A stretch of 36,939 nucleotides of DNA from Lysobacterales bacterium (GTDB lineage Bacteria; Pseudomonadota; Gammaproteobacteria; Xanthomonadales; SZUA-5), in NCBI GenBank assembly GCA_022844165.1, contig JALHMH010000044.1, positions 1 to 36,939 on the forward strand, in the 5' to 3' direction. This document shows positions 1 to 7,371 of the stretch, one piece after another. The position numbers were made by a program, and so were the translations under genes. The notes under the pieces were generated by a model. That model saw only the letters and a list, made by a program, of their open reading frames with translations. It was not told where the DNA came from and ran no database searches. Position 1 is the first letter of the stretch; each line of letters starts with the position of its first letter.

Positions 1-479
1 GCGACTTGCTCACCGATGAGGATTGGCCCGCCACCTGCGGTGCCGTTCGTGGTGAACAGGATGTCGAGCGAACCCGATGCGCTCTCCGCGGTGTAGCCAA
101 TGCGGACCAGGGAATTCGCACCCACAATCTGAGCACGCGACACGGCGACCTCGATCGCATCGGCCAACGCGCCACCACCGACAGGCACGCCCACGTTTCG
201 AGCCACCGGGTACGGACCGCCAGGCAGCGCCACGGCGCTCTGGAAAGTGCCCCCAACACACTGCGACAGATTGCGCGCTGTGACTTGTGGTGGCGAGCCC
301 GTCACCCGTGCCGTCAGGCGCCAGTCCGCGCCAGCAAAGGTCTGGCCACCACCGTTGACGGTGCAGCCGGTGGTCGTTCGTAAATCTGCGTCGATGTACG
401 CATGGTAGTCGTACGGTTGCGCTAGAGCGAAACTGGCGAATAGGGCCAGCACCAGGAAAGCCGACACAGCGCGAAACAT
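1..479 (-). CDS. Secreted/exported protein, N-terminal part; the 3' end lies beyond the left edge
   Basis: Not in the ORF track because it has no stop in the window. Manual translation from ATG at 479 is open to position 1: MFRAVSAFLVLALFASFALA/QPYDYHAYIDADLRTTTGCTVNGGGQTFAGADWRLTARVTGSPPQVTARNLSQCVGGTFQSAVALPGGPYPVARNVG...DAIEVAVS...DILFTTNGTAGGGPILIGEQV. Classic Sec signal peptide with an ALA cleavage site, followed by a Gly/Thr/Val-rich beta-type domain with two Cys. Confidence 0.8.
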   Translation of the reverse strand, partial: MFRAVSAFLVLALFASFALAQPYDYHAYIDADLRTTTGCTVNGGGQTFAGADWRLTARVTGSPPQVTARNLSQCVGGTFQSAVALPGGPYPVARNVGVPVGGGALADAIEVAVSRAQIVGANSLVRIGYTAESASGSLDILFTTNGTAGGGPILIGEQV

Positions 480-577
480 GCGTACGTCCAATCGAGAGCA
501 TTGCAGTGGCCAAGGATGCACCGCTGCTTAGTTCAGGACAACTCAGCGTCCGGGCCGGTACCTGACAGGTCGGAACG

Positions 578-614
578 CTCTGCAACGCTCTTTGCGGACA
601 CTCTGCAGCGCTCT
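578..614. repeat. Imperfect 14-bp direct repeat (CTCTGCAACGCTCT / CTCTGCAGCGCTCT, 23-bp period)
   Basis: Copies at 578-591 and 601-614 with one mismatch, upstream of the secreted-protein gene. Function unknown. Confidence 0.45.
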
Positions 615-722
615 CTCTCTGCGGGCGCGATCAGGTGAAGGCATTCTGCCTCGTGGCCTCAAGCCCGTTCTTGCTTAGTGCCAATGACGATTTCCATAGA
701 GGCTCCGCGCTTTCGCGGCATC

Positions 723-1091
723 TTACAGGCCGACAGGCCGTCCGGCAGAAAAATGGGAAGCGGGGAGTTCCTGCTTGCAGTCGGCATCGCGAGCAAGCCA
801 GCGCTGCTCATCTATTCGTTGCAGAAGCCGCGCCGCGATGAAGTGCCGCTCGGGTTCGACGCTGCGCGCTCGCATTTTGAGAGCATCAAGTACATTGGCC
901 GGCACCTGACGGCGCCCCATCATTGCCAGTGTATCCATCACTTCGAACACGCTGGCGGCCGCGGACGCTGTGAATTCAGGTGATGCCAATAGAGCGTTCC
1001 AATCAGGCGTCAGGAGCCAGTGCGCGAGCGCTTCCTCGGCCTCGCGGAAGTCTGTGCTTGCCAACGCTCTTACCAGTGCTTCAGCGGTCAC
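723..1091 (-). CDS. Hypothetical helical protein, translationally coupled downstream partner of the nucleotidyltransferase
   Basis: 122 aa. The GTG start overlaps the stop of 1088..1654 (GTGA). Ala/Leu/Glu-rich, protein-like composition. No family recognised. Confidence 0.6.
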   Translation of the reverse strand: MTAEALVRALASTDFREAEEALAHWLLTPDWNALLASPEFTASAAASVFEVMDTLAMMGRRQVPANVLDALKMRARSVEPERHFIAARLLQRIDEQRWLARDADCKQELPASHFSAGRPVGL

Positions 1092-1654
1092 GCGAGCACC
1101 TCGTCCAATCGCGCGCGCATCAATCCAGCGTCGACGCCGATGGCTGCGACGAGCGCCTCTTCCACGCGAGCACGCAGTGCTGTGGCCGCGATCAACCCGG
1201 CACGTTGCAACCGCGCAATGTCCTCTCGATCGACGTCGGCAAACCGAGCGAGTTTGCTCAAGACCAGATCGATTGGCGCGAGTACGTACACAGCCAATAC
1301 GCCTTCGCCGAATTGTGGACCCAACGCAATCGCATCCTGCTGGTAATCCTCGTGTAACAAAGAGAAATGTGGATTGAATTGGCGGTCGAAATACAGCACG
1401 CGGCGTTTGCCATCCGCATCAACGAACTGCTGCCGAAAATCGTCTGCCACGATGCGCCGACCGAACTCCGCATCAACGTCGCTCGTACTCCGCTGCCGTG
1501 TCCATAGATGCACTGCCGCACCGCCCGCGATGTACACGGGTATGGGCAGCGGACGAACATTCGCTAGGCGCTGAGCTTCGTGCGCGCACAATTCGGCCAG
1601 CGCTCTGACGAAGGGCGTTTCGGGCAACTGGGCGATATATGCGGCGAGGTCCAT
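1088..1654 (-). CDS. DUF6036-like / AbiEii-like nucleotidyltransferase (pol-beta superfamily)
   Basis: Motifs VYIAGGAAV...RSTSDVDAEF (GG + DxD) and DLVLSKLARF.DVDREDI (K..R...D..D), characteristic of AbiEii/DUF6036-type nucleotidyltransferases. Confidence 0.8.
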   Translation of the reverse strand: MDLAAYIAQLPETPFVRALAELCAHEAQRLANVRPLPIPVYIAGGAAVHLWTRQRSTSDVDAEFGRRIVADDFRQQFVDADGKRRVLYFDRQFNPHFSLLHEDYQQDAIALGPQFGEGVLAVYVLAPIDLVLSKLARFADVDREDIARLQRAGLIAATALRARVEEALVAAIGVDAGLMRARLDEVLA

Positions 1655-1699
1655 CGCGCTATCGTCGGGGAGTTGATCGGCGCACGCAAGTCCCTGCCC

Positions 1700-2062
1700 C
1701 GTGGCCCGTTCACGCTCAAAGGGGAGAACACCGCAAGTTGATGATCGCAGCGCGCATTGTGCAACGGGCAGGCATCTTTGCTATCGATGTTTACAGCTAC
1801 GCGGTGATGAGCAATCCCCTTCACGTCGTGCTCTCTGTCGAATCGAGTGCCGCGCGACTGGACGGACGAGCAGGTTGCCCAGCGTTGGGTGCAGTTGTTT
1901 CCAGCGCGTAAGCCGGTGCAGAACGCGGCGAAAATCAGCCCATTGATCGTCGATCAGAACGCACTTGATGAGCGCCGTAAACGGCTCGCCAATTCGTCCT
2001 GATACATGCGCTGTCTCGACGAGCACATCGCACGCAAGGCGAACGCGGAAGATGGCAAGAGC
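1700..2062 (+). pseudogene. Degenerate HUH/Y1 transposase (REP-associated tyrosine transposase-like, IS200/IS605 superfamily)
   Basis: EHRKLMIAARIV...IFAIDVYSYAVMSNPLHVVL (HUH motif NHxH changed to NPLH). After a frameshift near 1855 it reads WTDEQVAQRWVQLFP...ERRKRLANSS*YMRCLDEHIARKANAEDGK, with TGA at 2000-2002 in place of Trp. It breaks off before the expected GRFWEGRF segment. Confidence 0.8.
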
Positions 2063-2485
2063 CCGTCTGTAGTGGACAAGTGTCATAAACGCGCGTGGCT
2101 GTTAGGGCCGCCAGAGCCGACTCATTGAGGCGCGGTGCGCAACCAAAGGCACCATCAAGCCGCCGGATACGTGTCAGAGAACCGTACCGCCGATGTCGCA
2201 GGGAAAGTTGATCGAAACGCTGGAACGAAACTGAGTGAACTGACAGCACATGGCAGTCGAACGGCTCGAACTTCGAGACGGTTGGGTTTTGCCCAAAGAC
2301 CAAGGAAATTAAGCAAGAACGAAGCGGAAATCAGGTGTTGACAGGAGGCGTCCATACGTGTCCGGTTTGTTGTGACTGTCCCCGTTCTTTACGACTCTCC
2401 AGAAACGTCGGATTGAGGCCGCAAGGACCGCTAGTCGGCTCTTGACTCACAGTTCGATGGCTGTCCGGTTCTGTCCCGCCAACCA

Positions 2486-3418
2486 CCGGACACAGACAGC
2501 TGGTTGGCGACACAAACGATCGGAGCACCGAGTGGACGACGTTTTCATACGGCTGTATGGACCGGAACGGAGATGATTGTCTGGGGAGGGTCCGGCGGAA
2601 CTAGCGTCGCCAACGGCGGGCGCTACAGGTCGACGACTGACACTTGGCTAACCACACAAAGTGACGGAGCGCCGAGCGCACGAAACCGTCACACCGCTGT
2701 GTGGACCGGCACCGAAATGATCATTTGGGGAGGAATCGGTGCCGTGTATCACGCCACCGGAGGGCGGTAAAACCCGAGCAGCGACAGTTGGATGGCAACG
2801 CAAACAGAAAACGCGCCAGCCGCGCGCTTCGTGCACACGGCGGTGTGGACAGGTAGCGAGATGATTGTCTGGGGAGGCATTGATGAAAACGCCGCCTTCG
2901 CGAGCGGAGGTCGCTATTTTCCAAGCACAGACAGCTGGCTCGCAACGTCAACCAGCAGTGAAGTGAGCGAATTGCATCGGCATACTGCGGCGTGGACCGG
3001 CAGCGAGATGATCGTGTGGGGAGGCTGCACAGACAATGGTTGCCCTACTGCCAATGGTGGTCGCTACAAACCCATCACCGATGAGTGGCTCCCTTTGCAG
3101 TCGAGCCCGCCGGACGCACGGAGCGGTCACACGGCCGTGTGGTCCGGCAGCGAAATGATCGTCTGGGGCGGCAGCAATTCCGCATCCTCCCTGGAAAGCG
3201 GAGGGCGCTATAACGTAAACACGAACATCTGGCAGGCGACGCAGATCGTCGGAGCGCCAACTGGACGGCGCGACCATACGGCGGTGTGGACGGGAGGCGA
3301 AATGACTGTTTGGGGCGGCCTATCTCCCGCTAGCGCGTTGATTTTTGTCGACTCCATGGGCATCTACACGCCTGGCGCGCCTGGAGACCCCCTTTTCGTG
3401 AGTTCATTTGAGGAATGA
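2486..3418 (+). pseudogene. Kelch-repeat (six-blade beta-propeller) protein, 5'-truncated, with an internal nonsense codon
   Basis: Six ~48-49-aa repeats of R..HTAVWTG.EMIVWGG...GGRY.P.TD.W. ORFs 2504..2770 and 2792..3418 are in the same frame, separated by TAA at 2768-2770 where the conserved GGRY Tyr belongs. No start or signal peptide upstream. Ends GDPLFVSSFEE. Confidence 0.85.
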
Positions 3419-3662
3419 AACGGCGCGGATGACGCAACGGTGGTGAAAATGGGAGTCCGAAACCCGTTCCGCAACCAGCGCCTGGCGGTCACAGCCTCGG
3501 CGGCACGCACGGCAAGGGTGCCAAGCGACACGAGTTGGTGGTGATGCCTTGGTAGCATGGCGAGCGCATGCTTCTATGGCTGTTGAGGGTCTGTTCTTGG
3601 AGCCCTAAACGGCCTTTGCAAACGTACTGGCTCAGTATTGCGTTCGATGTGGCAGCTTATAT

Positions 3663-5975
3663 TCACTCGAATCCGCCCTGCCACCCCCCGCCATGGATCC
3701 CGTCGCCTAGAGCAGTGGCGCGATACAAATCCGTGAGGCGATTCTGGTCTGTTCCCGAAAGGTTTCTTTTCGACCAGAACATCAGCCATGGCCCTTGAGG
3801 GGTGCTGCCCGATAGCTGCCGGCGTTCTTCGATGGGCAGCAATGTCTCGACGTCCGAGCCGATCAGTGTGTCGAAGATGCGAGCTCGATGTTCGCCAGCG
3901 GCCTGAAGGATTCTGATGACGTAACGACCATCGCCTGTCAGCTGAATGTCACCCGAAGCAATCGGCAGCACCCTGATATGACCCGTCTTGCGGTCGCGAA
4001 GTAACACGCGCTGTGGAGCCTCATTCGTCGCATAGAGAACAAATCTCAGGTCCCGAGAAAACGTCGACGGCACCGCCAGGTTTGCGCCGGACTCGCTGAG
4101 CGATGCACAGGATCGCGCCTGCGAATCCAGATTCAGTATCCAGTGCTGACAATCCGATAGCGCTTCGTACACGATTTCGCGACCATCCGCGCTGAGCTGC
4201 GAGAATTGCGGCATGCCGATGGCCTTCGGATATAGCAGTCGCGTTGTCGGCTCGGAACGATCTCGCAGGTACCAGATGCGTTGTGCTGATAGTGCTCCGG
4301 ACAGCGTTCGACCAAGTGACTGAAAGACCACACGTTGCCCATCGTCCGACACGGCAGCGCTACTTGGAAAAATATCCTCCAAATCCGACTGCAGACCACC
4401 AGCGCTCACGTTGATTCGCTCGATCGCGTTGGTCGTCCGATCGAGAAGGAACAGATCGCGTTGTTGGTTGGTATCACCCATGACGTGAGACGACGCGGTC
4501 GATGAAAAGAGCACGAAACGACCATCACTGGAAACATCTGCCAGATCGATGATGCCGTCGAGCGGTGTTGGTCCGGTCGGCAAGAGGCGAAGCGTCGTCC
4601 CAAAATCGGTATCGCGGACAAACAGACTCTGACCAGAGAGATCAGTCGGCGCTCCTGGAACCAGATTGCTGGCATTGGAGACGAAATACTCCAAACGACC
4701 TTCGCGCGTATGCGATCGGCGTGCCACCAATTCGCCCCGGTTGCTCGATCCGTTGGGCGAGCTGGCTAACGTGGTGTTGACTGACCCCATAACAAGTTGC
4801 GGTATCGCCAGTGGACCGGCGCTGATTTGAACATCTCCCAAGTCGTTTCGGTCGAGCCCGAAAGGCGACGACGTACCCACGAGAAAAGCGCCGCTTGTAT
4901 CAATGCCACTGGGGACCACGTCCTGGCGCGCAAAAGAAGTCAGTGTTGTTGCGAGCATGTCTCGATATTTCCATCGGTAGTTCGCGACAAGACCCAAGCC
5001 GCCTGGGATGACATTCCGCAGGTAGTACACATGTCGCGCATCCGGGCTCATCCGGATGAAATCCAGTCCCGAGTCCGTCTCCACGCTTTCGTTGATCGAA
5101 ACCCACTCCAGCGACTGAGAAAGTGCATCGAAGCGATAAACCGATTCTGGGGTGGTGACAGTGGGCAACAAGTTCGTTGCGCGTGATCCAAAGACCACAA
5201 AACGACAGTCGTCGCTGACCTGAGCGCCGATAGTCGAGTCGTTGGGGCTACCGCCTCCTTGGGGAACATCGACCGGGACTTCGGTACCGCCAGGCAAATG
5301 CAGAATGACCCTACCAGTCGCCGTGCCATAAACAAAGCAATTGGCGCCCCTCGACAAATGCCCAACTTCGCCTTCCTGGGCAACGGGTAATGCGGTCACC
5401 GATCCGGTTACGAAATCGATCACTATGACTCGTTGGCGGTCAGGGCTGCCGACAATCCACTCCGACTCCAAGCCGACAAACTGCAGGTGGCGACCGCTGG
5501 CCTGGAACGACGCGTTCGAAATCGCCAGAAATTTGGCCTGATAGGGGATACGCACAACGTCGCCCGTCACCATATCTTTACGGAGCAGAGCGCGTCCAGT
5601 CGTCGGCGCTGCGAGCAAGTTCGTGGCTTCGGTCACCATGGCGACATAGCGCCCGTCCGGGCTCACTGCAATGCCTATCGTATCGGCGTTTGCCAGGCTG
5701 CCGTCCCGTTGCGAAACCACCAGACGTTCGTCGGTCAGCTGATCGAAGCGAACCGTTTGCGCATTTGTCCCATCCAAACCCACTGCGACGTTCGTAGCCG
5801 ACGTCGTGACCACCAGGTACCGATCGCTTGCGCGGTCCGGGGAAGTGGACTCGCCGTCGGTCGTAGATACGGCCAATTCGGCTCCTTCCGAAATCCAAAT
5901 CACTGAGTCCGCGACCGCGGAGGAGGCAATGACGGCGGAGATCGAAAGGAAAAAGCAGATTGAATCGATGCGCAT
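3663..5975 (-). CDS. Secreted TolB/PD40(WD40-like) beta-propeller repeat protein
   Basis: 770 aa, signal peptide MRIDSICFFLSISAVIASSAVA. Recurring S.DGR[YF]V.F.S.A[ST]NL and GDTN...DLF motifs in two modules. Ends GDGIHGGGWQGGFE. Confidence 0.85.
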   Translation of the reverse strand: MRIDSICFFLSISAVIASSAVADSVIWISEGAELAVSTTDGESTSPDRASDRYLVVTTSATNVAVGLDGTNAQTVRFDQLTDERLVVSQRDGSLANADTIGIAVSPDGRYVAMVTEATNLLAAPTTGRALLRKDMVTGDVVRIPYQAKFLAISNASFQASGRHLQFVGLESEWIVGSPDRQRVIVIDFVTGSVTALPVAQEGEVGHLSRGANCFVYGTATGRVILHLPGGTEVPVDVPQGGGSPNDSTIGAQVSDDCRFVVFGSRATNLLPTVTTPESVYRFDALSQSLEWVSINESVETDSGLDFIRMSPDARHVYYLRNVIPGGLGLVANYRWKYRDMLATTLTSFARQDVVPSGIDTSGAFLVGTSSPFGLDRNDLGDVQISAGPLAIPQLVMGSVNTTLASSPNGSSNRGELVARRSHTREGRLEYFVSNASNLVPGAPTDLSGQSLFVRDTDFGTTLRLLPTGPTPLDGIIDLADVSSDGRFVLFSSTASSHVMGDTNQQRDLFLLDRTTNAIERINVSAGGLQSDLEDIFPSSAAVSDDGQRVVFQSLGRTLSGALSAQRIWYLRDRSEPTTRLLYPKAIGMPQFSQLSADGREIVYEALSDCQHWILNLDSQARSCASLSESGANLAVPSTFSRDLRFVLYATNEAPQRVLLRDRKTGHIRVLPIASGDIQLTGDGRYVIRILQAAGEHRARIFDTLIGSDVETLLPIEERRQLSGSTPQGPWLMFWSKRNLSGTDQNRLTDLYRATALGDGIHGGGWQGGFE

Positions 5976-6247
5976 AGAAATCTCTGTGCAAAAGTCGTTA
6001 GTGAGACAAGACGGAATGACGTGGACTCTCCGATCATATGGGACGAAAGCCGTTCAGACCTATGGCCGTTCTTGCCTGGCCAATCACGCGCAGGGGAAGT
6101 GCTATGGCAACAAGACTGGGCGATTCGAGGTCGCGGGTCTTGCGGGCCTCACAAAGAGGCTGTGGGATGCTGCGGCCCTTTGGGCGTCCCCTTGATCCTG
6201 GGGCGCGATGCCCCCAACATCGGGGATCAGGAAACAAGGAGTCCCCG

Positions 6248-6694
6248 ATGCTGAAAGTAGGCGATCGTGCACCAACGTTTATTTTGCCCGCCGACGATGG
6301 CAGCAGCTTCGATCTGGCGTCGATGCGTGGGCAGAAGGTACTGCTGGTGTTTTATCCCGGCGACGAAACGCCGGTTTGTACCGCGCAGCTTTGCGAGTAT
6401 CGCGATGGCTTCGAGGACTATCGCGAATTGGGTGTCACGGTGATCGGCATCAGCAAGGACGATGGCGACAGTCATCGGCGTTTCAAGGAGCGGCGGGACT
6501 TGCCGTTTTCGTTGCTGAGCGATGTCGATCTGAAGGTGGCCAGGCAATACGATTCATCGGGCCTGCTGGGCATGAAGCGTTCAGTGTTTCTGGTCGACGA
6601 GGAGGGCGTGCTGCGCTACGTGCATGTCGAGTCGGTCGCCATTTTCCGGCGACGTCACGATGAACTGATCGCGGCGATTCGCGCTCTGGCATGA
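6248..6694 (+). CDS. bcp: Peroxiredoxin, BCP/PrxQ subfamily
   Basis: MLKVGDRAPTF...FYPGDETPVCTAQLC (PxxxTxxC plus resolving Cys). AAGGAG RBS precedes ATG 6248, so the longer ORF start at 6038 is unlikely. Confidence 0.9.
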   Translation: MLKVGDRAPTFILPADDGSSFDLASMRGQKVLLVFYPGDETPVCTAQLCEYRDGFEDYRELGVTVIGISKDDGDSHRRFKERRDLPFSLLSDVDLKVARQYDSSGLLGMKRSVFLVDEEGVLRYVHVESVAIFRRRHDELIAAIRALA

Positions 6695-7371
6695 GCGAGG
6701 TTGCCGATCGATTGCGCGCGCTGCTGGTGCGGGTGCACGCGGCTCACACGCGTGCGCATCAAGACCAGAGCGTCGCGCCACGCCTAAAAGCGCTTCGCGC
6801 CTGGCAAGCGCGTCGACTTGCATCGACGTATCTCGATTTGCAGTCTTCGTCGAGATTTTCTGCCGCGTGCACGTTCTTCTTGAACGATTTGTACGGCGAA
6901 GGCGAGTTCGATGATCGCGATCGGCAAGTCGAACGGGTGGTGCCGATCATGTTGAAGTTGCTGCCAGCTGGCGTGCTCTACAGCCTGTCGCGTGCGATCG
7001 AGCTGAACGCCGTCAGTCAGGAACTGGACTTCGCGCTGGCCTCGGCCTTGCCAGCACGGTGCACGTCTGCCGCTGAGATTTCGTCCCTCGACTATGCTGA
7101 GGCTTACCGGCGATCGGCGACCGAGCGGCAGCGACGCCATCAATTGGCGTTGTTGCTTGTGCTCGGTCGTGAGTTGGATCGATTGGTGCGCAAACCGATG
7201 CTCAAGGATCTGCTGTCGTTGTGCCGATGGCCGGCGAAATTGGCCGGACTTGGCGCGTTGCAGAGTTTCCTCGAACGTGGGTTTGGGGCCTTCGGCAAGT
7301 TGAACGGCGCCGGCCCGTTTCTCGGCACGATCCTCACGCGCGAGCGCGCATTCATGCGCGCGCAGCGCTGA
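6691..7371 (+). CDS. FFLEELY-motif family protein (function unknown)
   Basis: WQARRLASTY.DL...RFSAACTFFLNDLYG..FDDRD...LQSFLERGF.AF. ATGA overlap with bcp. Confidence 0.8.
   Translation: MSEVADRLRALLVRVHAAHTRAHQDQSVAPRLKALRAWQARRLASTYLDLQSSSRFSAACTFFLNDLYGEGEFDDRDRQVERVVPIMLKLLPAGVLYSLSRAIELNAVSQELDFALASALPARCTSAAEISSLDYAEAYRRSATERQRRHQLALLLVLGRELDRLVRKPMLKDLLSLCRWPAKLAGLGALQSFLERGFGAFGKLNGAGPFLGTILTRERAFMRAQR

Noticed and set aside
6-585. Track ORFs 6..383 (+), 10..585 (-) and 77..283 (+)
   Set aside because: Arg/Cys/Trp-rich, non-protein-like translations. A third minus-strand frame gives a clean signal-peptide protein.
2000-2770. Stop-codon reassignment (TGA for Trp at 2000, TAA for Tyr at 2768)
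   Set aside because: TGA and TAA end many intact genes in the window, and both cases sit in otherwise broken genes. Simple nonsense mutations explain them.
2486-3330. Regularly spaced ~145-150-bp DNA repeats that could be mistaken for a CRISPR or other non-coding array
   Set aside because: They are codon-degenerate copies of a Kelch protein repeat in one reading frame, not identical repeats with unique spacers.
6038-6247. 70-aa N-terminal extension of bcp, and an imperfect hairpin at 6193-6229 as a riboswitch or thermometer
   Set aside because: A strong RBS precedes ATG 6248. The hairpin is imperfect, GC-rich, does not cover the RBS and matches no RNA family I recognise.
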